A DNA stretch of 63,637 nucleotides, the filler included, from Octopus bimaculoides (taxonomy: Eukaryota), in NCBI RefSeq assembly GCF_001194135.2. It is 5 parts of 4 records of this genome, joined end to end, with 100 filler letters (N's around TTAATTAATTAA, not from the genome) between each part and the next. Parts side by side here need not be neighbours in the genome. Positions count along the whole stretch, not along the records: positions 42,242 to 56,007 come from NC_069003.1; positions 56,108 to 59,581 come from NC_068984.1; positions 59,682 to 63,637 come from NC_068984.1; 2 more parts are not named here. One strand, given 5' to 3'. Shown here piece by piece: positions 50,615-63,637 of the stretch. The stretch's first letter is position 1. Each line of letters starts with the position of its first letter. Below the pieces are notes generated by a model, which was not told the DNA's origin, did no database searches, and saw only the letters and a list, made by a program, of their open reading frames with translations. A program made the position numbers and the translations under genes.

Positions 50615-51489
50615 CTCTGTCTCTCTTTGTGCCAGCTCCTCCGCCTCTCCCTCTTGTACACCTCCGCCTTTGTTTTGTCTCTATGTGTGGCTGTGTGTGT
50701 GTGTGTCCTAACGTCTTTCTCTTATATCTACTTGATGCCTTAACCCTTTCTTTCTCTTTCCTCACCTTCCCTCCGCCTCCTTCGCTCCTGCCAAAAGCTG
50801 GAGGTGGACAAGGCATCGAGAGAAAGAGCTAGAATGAGTGAGAGGGGGAGCCTGATAGATAGATAGACAGATACGCAGTAAAGGAGACAGACACACAGAG
50901 AGAGATAGAGAGTGAGACAGAGAGGACGAGGCATTGAGTAAATGAACGTTAGATAGATAGACAGATAATTAAAGAGTAGACTGAAATAGGCAAGGAGAAA
51001 GAGTAAATGTTTAGGGGAGAGAGAAAGCGATAGTTAGATAGATATAGAGTGAGGGAACTAAATAAGAAAGCGTGTATGAGAATCTTATATTGGTTATAGA
51101 GAGAGGGAGTAACCGACGATGTATATGAAACACAGCAGGGAGAAAGAGTAAAAGTGTAAACGATAGAAAGTGAGAGAGTGAGAACGATAGATAAAGAGGG
51201 TGAGAGAAAATTTGTATAGATATAGAGAGAGGGTGTAAGCCACACACCTCATTCTTTCTCTCTTTGCTTCTCCTCCCTCTTTCCAGCTTTAAATAAAACG
51301 AGCGAGTCTTTGTTTCTCCTCTTCCTCCTCCCACTCCTCCTTCTCTTAGCTTGTTTAAAGCAAACAAGCCACACCACTCCCCTTCCTCTTTCTACTCGTC
51401 ACTCTGTTTCTCTTTTCCCCCCTTTCTTCCTCTCCCCACCACTGCTACCACCTCTACTACCATTGCTCTCGACATAGTTTTTGTTTGAT

Positions 51490-51660
51490 TATTTGACGGA
51501 CGTCTGACGACAGCTATGACGCTACGTTGGCTCCGCCCACTGCTTGCCGGCATGATTGACAGAAGGCGCTCAACCAATCGAAACGTGGCTTAGGTCCACA
51601 GTGTTGCCCCGAGTGAAGTTAGGCCAACCAACTAATCAGCCAACCGTCTCTCAGCAACTT
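51490..51660 (+). promoter_or_regulatory. Candidate RNA polymerase II promoter: TGACG half-sites, GC box (51533-51538), TGATTGACAG (51553-51562), CCAAT (51574-51578)
   Basis: The motifs cluster in a locally CpG-rich, TE-free stretch flanked by GA/CT-rich tracts. Direction is inferred from the downstream donor. Confidence 0.55.
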
Positions 51661-52899
51661 ACGAGAAGCAAGCCAGAAACAGAGAGAGAGAGGTGGAGTG
51701 TAGAAGATATATAGAGAGAGAGTGAGTGAAAGAAGGAGTGAGAGAGAGAGAGAGAGAGTAAAACACTGAGAGAGAGAGGGTGTATCTGAGTTGCAATGAT
51801 TTTTAGTATAAAGTAAAGAAAGACGGACAGATAAAATAGATAGATAGAGAGACAAAGAGGGAGAAAGAGAAAGAGATTGGGTATGAGGAGAGTGAACGTG
51901 GTAGAGGCGCCCAAGTAGCTTGTTAAACTCGTTGAGCGCTGTTTCTGGCCCGTTGCTTCCCCCGATCACCTCACGGGGGCTTAACGAGGAAAGGAAAAAA
52001 AAAACAAAACAAACAAACAAAAAAAGAAACCCTTTATTTATATAATATAAAGGATTATATATATAAAGCTGTTTTTTTTTTCTTCTTTCCTTCTGATCGG
52101 GCACGGCCAGGTTAGAGACAGTTATATATTATAATTATATTCGTTCTGTTCATTATTAATTATTATTACTATTATTTATTAACCATCTTTTATTATAAGC
52201 CCTAAACACACACACACACACACAAAATGGTTTAAATATACACATATATATCTGTGTTAAGATTGCCTTCTTCTCAAGTATTTGGATTATAATTTATATA
52301 TTTGCGCTTACAGCACGTTATACATACGTGTTTGCGCGTATATATTGGGGATATTTTCGAAGATCAAAACCTTTATCCCTATTCTTTGTTACTTTCCAAG
52401 GTCCCACATATACATACATACACGCATATACTTCCATTCACACTCACACACACCCAAATATATACATACAATTTTTATTATTGATCTGAAAACCAAAAAA
52501 AAAAAANNNNNNNNNNNNNNNNNNNNNNNNNNNNNNNNNNNNNNNNNNNNNNNNNNNNNNNNNNNNNNNNNNNNNNNNNNNNNNNNNNNNNNNNNNNNNN
52601 NNNNNNNNNNNNNNNNNNNNNNNNNNNNNNNNGCGGTGGGGGGTACCCCTACCTCGGTGGCGGTGCCTCGTCTATTCTTGTGTTGATTGCGCTTAACGAT
52701 ATATTATTCTTTTATTATGACGGATCTTTAAAAAATTCTGCAAACAGCCCCAACAGAAAATAAAAAAGGGATTACACACACACACATACACAAAAGCAGT
52801 CGCTCATATGTATATATATATATATATATAGCCTGCTACAAGGCAAGAAATTTTACAAATCTCTTTTAAAAGAAAACAAAAAAAAAAAAGAAAGAAAGA

Positions 52900-53062
52900 A
52901 AACATGAACCAACCGCTATCAGCATGGAGCTTACCACTACTACTACGACTATTGCTACTACTAAATTAAGTATTTCGAGTACTTAGCAATTATTTGTACT
53001 ATTATTGTTACTACAGCTACTTTCGTCTTCGTCTTTTTAATATTTACCACTTTCAGGTAAGA
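52900..53062 (+). other. Candidate non-coding (5'UTR) exon end with splice donor CAG|GTAAGA at 53057
   Basis: A near-consensus donor followed by T-rich, intron-like sequence; no open frame runs into it from an ATG. The exon start is not determined. Confidence 0.35.
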
Positions 53063-54426
53063 ATTTTTGTCTTTTTTACTTTGTTTTGTAGTAAATAGTT
53101 TTATTGTACTTAATTTACTATATTTGTTTTATTTTGTTTTGTTGTACAATAGAAATTTGGGATTTGTTGTTTTTTCTATAACGTTGCTCTTGTTTCGTTT
53201 GTTTCCACCCGCCCCCACCCGGGTTATTTTAGGTGGAACGTGGTGATCTGTGTGTGTGTGTGTTTATGTATGTTATCTGTGTATGCGTTTATAATTACCT
53301 TCCTGCCTATCTTTCTATACATCCATCTGTCTATGTATGTATGTATCTATCTATCTATTTATCTATCTATTTACATCTAGCTGTCTACCAAACTCTATGT
53401 CTATCTGTCAATATCTATTTGTCAATATCTGTCTGTCAATCTCTATCTACCTATTTATCTATCTATCTATCTATCCATCTATATCGATCTGTTTATCTAT
53501 ATCTGTCTATCAATATCTTTGTATCTGTTTGTCTATCAATTAATGTATGTGTGTGTGTCTTAGTGATTTAGATAAATAGACAAATAGATAGATAGACAGA
53601 TAGATAGATAGATAGACAGATCAGCTGGACTCTGTTTTAATAAAACACGTTACCACTCTACTCCAAATACTTTTGTTTTTTCTATTTCTAAATAAACAAA
53701 TTATCAAAGAAATGATAACACAGCCCTCATCAACATTTCTTTCTCCCACACATGTAAATTTATATTTACAACTTACACACGGCCACCTTTCTTTTTTTTT
53801 GCCTTGATTGCATTCTTGTCTTATCATCATTTCCTCATCTTTCATTCTCTATCTACCCTACACTATTGTGTCCCGAAGAAGAACACTATCCGAAACGTCA
53901 AAATTAACTCTACCTTTCTCTGAGCGGTCACAACTTGATCCTAGCTTTTTAATATGTTTTTGTTGTTGTTTTCGCTACGCTTATCCTCCCCTCCTTACAC
54001 ACACGTATATATGTGAGAATATACATACATACACACGCACACACACATATATACATATATACACATTCGTTATAGCTATTCTGGAGCATCGTTTATATAT
54101 GTGCATATATATATATATATATANNNNNNNNNNNNNNNNNNNNNNNNNNNNNNNNNNNNNNNNNNNNNNNNNNNNNNNNNNNNNNNNNNNNNNNNNNNNN
54201 NNNNNNNNNNNNNNNNNNNNNNNNNNNNNNNNNNNNNNNNNNNNNNNNNNNNNNNNNNNNNNNNNNNNNNNNNNNNNNNNNNNNNNNNNNNNNNNNNNNN
54301 NNNNNNNNNNNNNNNNNNNNNNNNNNNNNNNNNNNNNNNNNNNNNNNNNNNNNNNNNNNNNNNNNNNNNNNNNNNNNNNNNNNNNNNNNNNNNNNNNNNN
54401 NNNNNNNNNNNNNNNNNNNNNNNNNN

Positions 54427-54469
<43 letters not shown>

Positions 54470-55272
54470 GCGCACGCACACGTAACTATATATGTATACA
54501 TCTATACGCACGTACATACGCAACAGCTATCTATCTATCTATCTATCTGTATATATGTGTGTGTGTGTGTATGCATGTATGTATTCTTTTAGAACAGTGA
54601 AACTCGAAGCAGAAAAGGCTATAAATACTAACGAGCTATAACAGTGTTTGGGTAGAAAGAAGTCGAAGGGCCTGTCAGTAGGATTCGAACGGATTGAAAA
54701 CCCACATCTTCTGCAATACGAAACAAACACCAAGCTCTGATCAAGCCAAGATCTTCAGCGAATCGTATTTGGTGTGCATCTGCAGATCCATAATTCGCAG
54801 TCATTTCAATAGCTTCCTGTCTGGTCATGGGGGAGCCATACTCTTTAAGCCTTGTATGTCCATACGGACTGCGGTTACATGCATGCCCTGTACGGATGCA
54901 GCCTGGACACGTACTCTCCTCTTTACATTGCCCGGTGTGGGGGGGGGGTCTTTTGCGTATCCACTTGTGAACACAGCCCTACTGTATATTAATTGGGATG
55001 CGTTTAATTGCTTATGGTGCAAGCCTTAGAGTTTGATCTGTTGGAACTCTCTCTCTCTCTCATCCACTCTTATATACACATCCAGATACTAAAATATAGA
55101 TTATTGGAAATAAACACAGCAAGGCTAAAAGTGAGTGTTCAATACATACAAACATGTATGTATACGTACATGTATGTATATGAGCAGAGAAATAGTAACA
55201 TATATATATAACTACTTGGCAAAATTGTTAATTGTTAATTCTATTATTAATTGACGATTCCCTGCCCTTATT

Positions 55273-55318
<46 letters not shown>

Positions 55319-55425
55319 CTCCTAAACACACTTAGCTATCTGTGTATGTGTGTGTGTGTCCATATATAAAGACAGAGAAATAGCAACTTTTATACATATG
55401 TGTGTGTGTATGTAATAGACATATA

Positions 55426-55459
<34 letters not shown>

Positions 55460-55933
55460 CACACGCACTTACACATAATATATATGTATATTTATATGTG
55501 TATATATGTTTGGTATTAAAACGTAACATTGGTCAATGCATCATACATACATTCACACACACACATATATAATACATATATTGTATTTGTTCATGTATGT
55601 ATACATATACACACACAGGTGTATATATCAATAAAACGCGCACAGTTGGACATACAGAGACATTATATAAACACTGTATTAAATAGTCAATTGGGACTCT
55701 ACACACACGCTTAAATATATTTGCATACACTTATAATGTATGTATATACATACACATATATGCATATAAATGTATGTGTGTGCATATGTATATATACTCG
55801 CACTAGTATGTATGTATGTATGTATATATATATACACACACATACGTTATGTTTTTATATATAAATACATACATTTATGCCCATTTATACACACACATAC
55901 ATGTCCCCTCTCTCCCTATATATATATACATAT

Positions 55934-55966
<33 letters not shown>

Positions 55967-56881
55967 TGCCTCCTCTCTCCCTATATATATATATATATAT
56001 ATATATANNNNNNNNNNNNNNNNNNNNNNNNNNNNNNNNNNNNNNNNNNNNTTAATTAATTAANNNNNNNNNNNNNNNNNNNNNNNNNNNNNNNNNNNNN
56101 NNNNNNNATATACACACATACATATATACATACATATATATATATATATACATACATATATACATACATACAGAGAGGGAGAGAGAAACAGAGACAGAGA
56201 CAGAGTTAGCGACAGACAGATAGACATATTGATAGATAGATAAATACAGAAACATAAGCTTAAGCGTCCCTTGCATGCCAGTCTGACCAAATACCTTGTA
56301 CCACTCTTGTTCTAATTGTTTTAGATAGCAAAGTACTAACGAGTAGACATAGACGCAGACATATGCCTGTGTGTGCGTGTTTGCGCGTGCGTGTATGTGT
56401 GTGTAGATAAATGGATATATACTTATAGATATATGTGCATACATAAATACATACCCAGAATCGCGCATGTATATATATATAGGTGCAAAATTAAGTAATG
56501 AGGCAGTCGGAATATGAGGTCAAATTATTCAGTTATTACGATGATAAAATCAATATTGCAACTCTATAACTGTAATAAACAATCACTTAGTCCCTCAAAT
56601 AATTAAAGCAACAGATACAAAAATAAACATGAAATAGAAATAACCTTATCGATGAATGTAACATGGTAATCAATATAGCAAACTTTGTCAATTAAGCACT
56701 GATCAATGGATCAATCACGCAGTTAATTGGAAAGCAGCTTCAGTGAAAGGAAAAAAAATAATGAAGTTTCGTCGGAGTATGGGTAAAAATCTCATAACGA
56801 ATCGCCTAAATGATGTAATAAGTTGATCTGTTTACCTTTCAAAGGAACCGGTCAATTTATTGCAATTTCATTGTAATTCTC

Positions 56882-56922
<41 letters not shown>

Positions 56923-57327
56923 TATATATAGATATATAGATGTATATATACATACATATNNNNNNNNNNNNNNNNNNNNNNNNNNNNNNNNNNNNNNNNN
57001 NNNNNNNNNNNNNNNNNNNNNNNNNNNNNNNNNNNNNNNNNNNNNNNNNNNNNNNNNNNNNNNNNNNNNNNNNNNNNNNNNNNNNNNNNNNNNNNNNNNN
57101 NNNNNNNNNNNNNNNNNNNNNNNNNNNNNNNNNNNNNNNNNNNNNNNNNNNNNNNNNNNNNNNNNNNNNNNNNNNNNNNNNNNNNNNNNNNNNNNNNNNN
57201 NNNNNNNNNNNNNNNNNNNNNNNNNNNNNNNNNNNNNNNNNNNNNNNNNNNNNNNNNNNNNNNNNNNNNNNNNNNNNNNNNNNNNNNNNNNNNNNNNNNN
57301 NNNNNNNNNNNNNNNNNNNNNNNNNNN

Positions 57328-57365
<38 letters not shown>

Positions 57366-57430
57366 TATATACATACATATATGTACATATATACATATAC
57401 ATGTGTATATATATATATATATGCATATAT

Positions 57431-57701
57431 GGGTACAGGACGTCACGAAACGTAAACAACATGAAATACGAAGAAAAACTTGGGTATGTGAACAACGAGA
57501 AAAACAAATGGAAAATAAGACAAGTAACATAAAGAAGGGCCCTTCATCAGTTGTCGGCTGTCCATTTACTCCTCATTTCAAGCAATTAACGACATTGCTA
57601 TATGTTGCTTGTCTTGTTTTCCATTTGTTTCTCTCGTTGTTCGCATACCCAAGTTTGTCTTCGCATTTCATGTTGTTTACGTTTTGTGACGTCCTGTACC
57701 C
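57431..57701. mobile_element. Foldback/MITE: 101-bp inverted arms and 69-bp spacer, embedded in (TA)n
   Basis: 57431-57531 is the reverse complement of 57601-57701, with 7 mismatches counted by eye. Confidence 0.85.
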
Positions 57702-58652
57702 ATATATGCATATATATATATATATANNNNNNNNNNNNNNNNNNNNNNNNNNNNNNNNNNNNNNNNNNNNNNNNNNNNNNNNNNNNNNNNNNNNNNNNNN
57801 NNNNNNNNNNNNNNNNNNNNNNNNNNNNNNNNNNNNNNNNNNNNNNNNNNNNNNNNNNNNNNNNNNNNNNNNNNNNNNNNNNNNNNNNNNNNNNNNNNNN
57901 NNNNNNNNNNNNNNNNNNNNNNNNNNNNNNNNNNNNNNNNNNNNNNNNNNNNNNNNNNNNNNNNNNNNNNNNNNNNNNNNNNNNNNNNNNNNNNNNNNNN
58001 NNNNNNNNNNNNNNNNNNNNNNNNNNNNNNNNNNNNNNNNNNNNNNNNNNNNNNNNNNNNNNNNNNNNNNNNNNNNNNNNNNNNNNNNNNNNNNNNNNNN
58101 NNNNNNNNNNNNNNNNNNNNNNNNNNNNNNNNNNNNNNNNNNNNNNNNNNNNNNNNNNNNNNNNNNNNNNNNNNNNNNNNNNNNNNNNNNNNNNNNNNNN
58201 NNNNNNNNNNNNNNNNNNNNNNNNNNNNNNNNNNNNNNNNNNNNNNNNNNNNNNNNNNNNNNNNNNNNNNNNNNNNNNNNNNNNNNNNNNNNNNNNNNNN
58301 NNNNNNNNNNNNNNNNNNNNNNNNNNNNNNNNNNNNNNNNNNNNNNNNNNNNNNNNNNNNNNNNNNNNNNNNNNNNNNNNNNNNNNNNNNNNNNNNNNNN
58401 NNNNNNNNNNNNNNNNNNNNNNNNNNNNNNNNNNNNNNNNNNNNNNNNNNNNNNNNNNNNNNNNNNNNNNNNNNNNNNNNNNNNNNNNNNNNNNNNNNNN
58501 NNNNNNNNNNNNNNNNNNNNNNNNNNNNNNNNNNNNNNNNNNNNNNNNNNNNNNNNNNNNNNAAATATATAAAGGCGACTCGAGTTTCAGGGCTATTTCC
58601 CTTCGTCATGGCCGGTATGACAGATATATATATATACATGCATGTATGTATT

Positions 58653-58708
<56 letters not shown>

Positions 58709-58960
58709 TCTTTTATTGTTACAATGATTGGACTGCGGTTATGCTGGAGCGTTCCCTTCAATGGTTTTCTCGAACAAATCGACCCTAATACTTATTCTCG
58801 GCCTCTTTGTTTTTATTTTGTGTGTTTGCTCGTGTGTGCCTGTGTTACCAGTACATAAACAAATTAACACCGATATTAAAGCAGTGGCGACAGAGAGAGA
58901 CATACACACGTGCACATATCACATATGCATACATATGTATGTATGTATGTATGGACATAT

Positions 58961-59160
58961 GGGGAGGGTGCTGAAAAGTTCCTACTTTGGGTAAAAGAAG
59001 TTAATTATGGTTTTACTCAACAAATTCTCCCGTCAGATTCATACACTTAGTGCAGCGGTCCTTCAGTTTTTCTAAGCCCTGTAAATGAACTCGGATGGTC
59101 AGGTCTCTAAGCAGGCCTTTCGCGATTCCCTTAAAGCCCAAAACTTTTCAGCACCCTTCG
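58961..59160. mobile_element. Mariner-derived MITE (~200 bp)
   Basis: The ends agggtgctgaaaagtt and aacttttcagcaccct are inverted repeats, with a TA dinucleotide at or next to each end. Confidence 0.75.
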
Positions 59161-59511
59161 TATCTGTGTAAACTCTTGCCTAGATATGTATGCTGAGTCG
59201 TTAACGTGTTGGCAGTATTTTTTGCAATATTTATTCCAGGATACTGCATTTGAAGTTCAATCCCACTAAGGTTAAATTGGCATTTAATTCTTTCCGGATT
59301 GATAGTTAGAGTACCATCCCAGTGACGGAACGAGTCGCTTACATTGCAGATGGGACATTCTGGGTCTTCCGCTACATGAAGTGCTGATAATGCGGAGGAA
59401 GTAAATCGATTGCACAGTACGATAGAGTCATTTAAATTGCGTAATTTTGACAAGCAATTTATAGAAACATATGTATGCTATATAAAACTTTAAAATACTA
59501 ATTTTGTTTTT

Positions 59512-59581
<70 letters not shown>

Positions 59582-59681
59582 NNNNNNNNNNNNNNNNNNN
59601 NNNNNNNNNNNNNNNNNNNNNNNNNTTAATTAATTAANNNNNNNNNNNNNNNNNNNNNNNNNNNNNNNNNNNNNNNNNNNN

Positions 59682-59716
<35 letters not shown>

Positions 59717-59832
59717 GGAGATGTACTTGCATAGCAAGTGACCTGATCTAAGATCGTGTGCTGGAACGAAAACAATTGCAGCGTGGAAGGTGTTTACACA
59801 TAAACCATAAAAAGTCAGAAGTTATTAGAGAT

Positions 59833-60056
59833 AAATACATTTATTTAATCCTTTGTCATCCTTTGGGTTACGGCCGTTTCGCAACATTCTTCATGTGATA
59901 TTAATTTCAGGATATAATAAATTATGTTTATAAATCAGCACTAATATGCACACAACACATTTTACAATACAATACATTGTGTTAGTATTAATACATGGAG
60001 AGGTTTGCGAAACAGCCGTAACCTTAAGGATGACAAGTGGTTAAATAAATATATTC
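59833..60056. repeat. Imperfect ~60-bp inverted repeat pair (59833-59896 and 59993-60056)
   Basis: atttatttaa..ttgtcatcctt.ggttacggc.gtttcgcaa..tc.tcatgt is matched in reverse orientation. Confidence 0.75.
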
Positions 60057-60699
60057 ATCTCTCATACCTCCTGACCTTTTATTGTTTATATACGTCTTAT
60101 AAAGTAATCTCATCGATTGGATCTTCTGGATTTCAGTTGCATGGAACTCTGCATTATACTCCTCTGCATTGGATTGCTAAGTTGTCTGTTAACCGAGTCC
60201 GCAAGATGAGCTATAATAACCACACTATTCTACGAATCTATATATTATACTACAAATATAAATATATATATTGTACCCATATATGCATGTATATATATGT
60301 ATATATATATATATATATATATAACAACATGAACAAGAATGGAGAATATCACATCTTTACTTGATTACACCATACAGCACCGACGGTTGTTTCTATTGTA
60401 CCAGCATATTTAGATAAAGGAAAAAGGTACCAAATACCTGTCAAACTAATAAATACAAAAAAAATTGTGAACACAGTGTTATCAAGGTAACCTAAAACAG
60501 GTTTAGTTCAAAGCAAACTGAAATAATATCTATAATACATGAACGCGCACAAAAAGAACGTTAAGAAGAAATATGATATTCTAAGGAAAGCCAGTTTAAA
60601 TATCTAAATTTATGATGACGTCAGGAATAAAAATAAACAGAAATTCTACGTCACATTTAGTTTTCTAGCTTTTTATGTATGCTAAAAGAATTTAGAAAA

Positions 60700-61414
60700 G
60701 GGTTGCATATATGATTGTAGGAAAAACAATTATAATTTATTGAAATATTTAAATGTTTCTCTATATTCAAGAGAATGTTTCAACGTAAGATTGGTTCTAA
60801 AATTTAATAATATCAGATTTGGAGTAATTATATAATACATTTCTTCTAGGCAAAGACCACATTTAAAATTACCAGTTATAATGTACCACTTTACTCTGTA
60901 GTTAATGCTCCTGTCTTTCGAATCTCAAATGCATTCACTAAAATTCGTAGAATGATTTTGTAATTTAGATTTCTAAATAGTAGCAGAAGAGCCTATATAT
61001 TAATAACTACGATTCCTTGCAATTACTATACGTTGTTATACTATATTTTCCCTTAAACACTGATTTTCTAAAGGACACATAAATTTGTTTTTATAATTAC
61101 GAAGGCGTTTATTCCTTCGTATGTAGCACTCGTGGTTAAGCAAAGTAGTACTACTTCTCCTCACAGAGTTTGCTGTTAAAACAAGATTATTAGCAGTATT
61201 ACAATTAATATTATTACAAAGTGATATCTTAAAGGTACTATAAATTTCACTGTTGGAATTATCTTCACCTAAATTAGCAAAAACAGAATGAGTTACTTCA
61301 ATTAAACTAGCATTAGAATTAATATTTATATGTACATTAGATCCGAGCTTATAACTTTCTTTACTATTATCCTTAATATTATTACTATTTTCACCATTAC
61401 TATTATTATCACAA

Positions 61415-61476
<62 letters not shown>

Positions 61477-62000
61477 TCTACTACTACTACTGTTGCAGCA
61501 GTTGCAGCTGTTATTGTTGTTGTTGTTGTTGTAAACATTCTGACATCGAAAAATATAAACTAGTTCAGGAAAATTACCATGAGAATTAATTTCACAATTG
61601 ATCCAATCGGTCCTACTTGTATTTATCAATTTTGAGTTGAGATACTGTCTAACTTAATTTTTGTTATACGCTGCTATAATTTCAGCCAAATTTCTGGTGG
61701 CTGAATAGGAAAATTTAACTCTATGGCGATTAAATAATTTCCCGTACTTGCTTGTAGGTGGGAAATATTTTATCCAATGCTGTAAATAATTTTGAAGAAT
61801 ATTAGTTCTGTAAGATGCGAATGGTGCATTACACTACACAATATTCCTTGATTTAGCTTTTCTATTATTTACAAAGACATTTTGCGTAATATTAAAATTA
61901 TCAACTTGATTATAATTCTTAATCCCAATTCTAAAATAGATATTCTCTTGTCATAATTCTTACGCTTAAAGTTATTCATATTTATAGAAACCTTGTTGTT
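60700..62000 (-). mobile_element. Second Penelope-like remnant (Hydra-clade-like linker and GIY-YIG endonuclease), with microsatellite expansions
   Basis: The minus frames read NAPFASYRTNI..YFPPTSKYGKLFNRHRVKFSYS..NLAEIIAAYNKK, then CPLENQCLRENIVY, YIGSSAT and KCGLCLEEMYYI..LLNFRT. Confidence 0.7.
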
Positions 62001-62009
62001 ATTATTATT

Positions 62010-62051
<42 letters not shown>

Positions 62052-62103
62052 ATTTTCATATACACACAACAGATTAGACTGTTGGAAAACAAAATATCCT
62101 AAC

Positions 62104-62137
<34 letters not shown>

Positions 62138-62439
62138 NNNNNNNNNNNNNNNNNNNNNNNNNNNNNNNNNNNNNNNNNNNNNNNNNNNNNNNNNNNNNNN
62201 NNNNNNNNNNNNNNNNNNNNNNNNNNNNNNNNNNNNNNNNNNNNNNNNNNNNNNNNNNNNNNNNNNNNNNNNNNNNNNNNNNNNNNNNNNNNNNNNNNNN
62301 NNNNNNNNNNNNNNNNNNNNNNNNNNNNNNNNNNNNNNNNNNNNNNNNNNNNNNNNNNNNNNNNNNNNNNNNNNNNNNNNNNNNNNNNNACACACACACA
62401 CACGCACAAACAATAATTGCTATACTCTAATATATACTC

Positions 62440-62615
62440 TTCATAAGGTGGTGAACTGACAGAACTGTTACTGCGCCAGACAAAATGCTTTGCGACACTC
62501 AGTCCGTCTTTATGTACTAAGTTCGAATCCCACTGAGTTCGCCATTGCTTTTCATCCTTTCAGGGTCGATGAAATAAGTACCCGCTCCCCCCAAATTGCT
62601 GGCTTTTTGCGAAAA
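62440..62615 (+). mobile_element. SINE family B (internally deleted)
   Basis: aaggtggtgaactgacagaa...aagttcgaatcccactgagttcgcc.ttgcttttcatcctttcagggtcgatgaaataagtacc. Confidence 0.8.
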
Positions 62616-62619
62616 TGTG

Positions 62620-63030
62620 AAACTCTTTTACTCTTTTTACTCTTTTATTTGTTTCAGTCATTTGACTGCAGCCATGCTGGAGCACCGCCTTTAGTCGAGC
62701 AAATCGACCCCAGGACTTTGTAGGCCTAGTATTTATTCTATCGATCTCTTTTATCGAACCGCTAAGTTACGGGGATGTAAACACACCACCATCGGTTGTC
62801 AAGCGATGTTGGGAGGGACAAACACAGACACACAAACACACACATACATACATATATACATATACATATATACGACGGGCTTCTTTCAGTTTCCGTCTAT
62901 CAAATCCACTCACAAGGCTTTGGTCGGCCCGAGACTATAGTAGAAGACATTGCCCAAGGTGCCACGCAGTGGGACTGAACCCGGAACCGTGTGGTTGGTA
63001 AGCAAGCTACTTACCACACAGCCACTCCTA
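62620..63030 (-). mobile_element. SINE family A, full length
   Basis: Collinear with 30266-30700; A/B-box head at ~62965-63028. Confidence 0.92.
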
Positions 63031-63637
63031 TAGAGAGTGTTGTCAAAGAAGATGAGTGTGAAAGTGTGTATGTGTATGTGTTCTACATGAGGCGGGGTAG
63101 AATGTGGGTGAGGAAAAGAGACAGGAAAAATTTAGTTTGAGAGAGAGAAAGAAGTGCAGCGTTTACCACTCCATTATAACTCTGAATCTTTCACCACCTC
63201 CTTCTTGAATTTGCCTTGCTTACTCCAGGCAGATGTCTTCAAGCATTATTCTGGATGATCTTGAATTGCGCAAATTTGGAAAAACATTCCTTGAGAAACG
63301 ATGAAATTGCTTCAAAACAAGAAAGAAAAATGTCGATGCTTATATATATATACACACGCGCACAAACACACTCACATACATACACTCATATTTACATATA
63401 TACATGCATGCACAGCACGCAAAAACATTCATACATATATTTATAGAACATATATGTATATAGGCATATATACGTGTGTGTGTGTGTGCGTGCGTGCGTA
63501 AGTGCGTAAGTGCGTAAGTGCGATTGCGTGCGTGTTGTGTGGAAAGGGTCGTTCATGCAGTCTAGGTTTATGTATATATATATATATGTATATATATATG
63601 TGTGTGTGTGTATGTGTGTGTGCGTGTATATATATAT

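Noticed and set aside
52905-52970. MNQPLSAWSLPLLLRLLLLLN signal-peptide-like ORF
   Set aside because: The Leu run comes from a (CTA)n microsatellite, and the frame stops before the splice donor.

Overview
This is repeat-dominated, gap-ridden animal genomic DNA. The extreme microsatellite density and the recurring tRNA-derived SINE families strongly suggest a coleoid cephalopod, most likely an Octopus scaffold; this rests on my recognition and was not searched. No complete host gene is recognisable. Most of the interpretable sequence is decayed transposable elements: R4/Dong-like, CRE, L1/Tx1, CR1 and RTE-X-like LINE fragments, three Penelope-like remnants, Tc1 and DD37D-like transposases, several MITEs, and at least four tRNA-headed SINE types (labelled A, B, D and E here). 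An unclassified ~560-bp element (labelled C) sits inside (AAT)n tracts in all four full-length copies. There are two candidate host-gene signals. One is a set of small spliced exons at 24.7-28.0 kb. The other is a CpG-rich promoter at ~51.5 kb (GC box, TGATTGACAG and CCAAT) followed by a strong splice donor at 53057. The most interesting pattern is an apparent (AAT/ATT)n-centred retroelement ecology: SINE tails create the microsatellites, and R4/Dong-like LINEs, element C and further SINEs sit in them. Nearly all long ORFs in the supplied track are microsatellite or N-gap artefacts.
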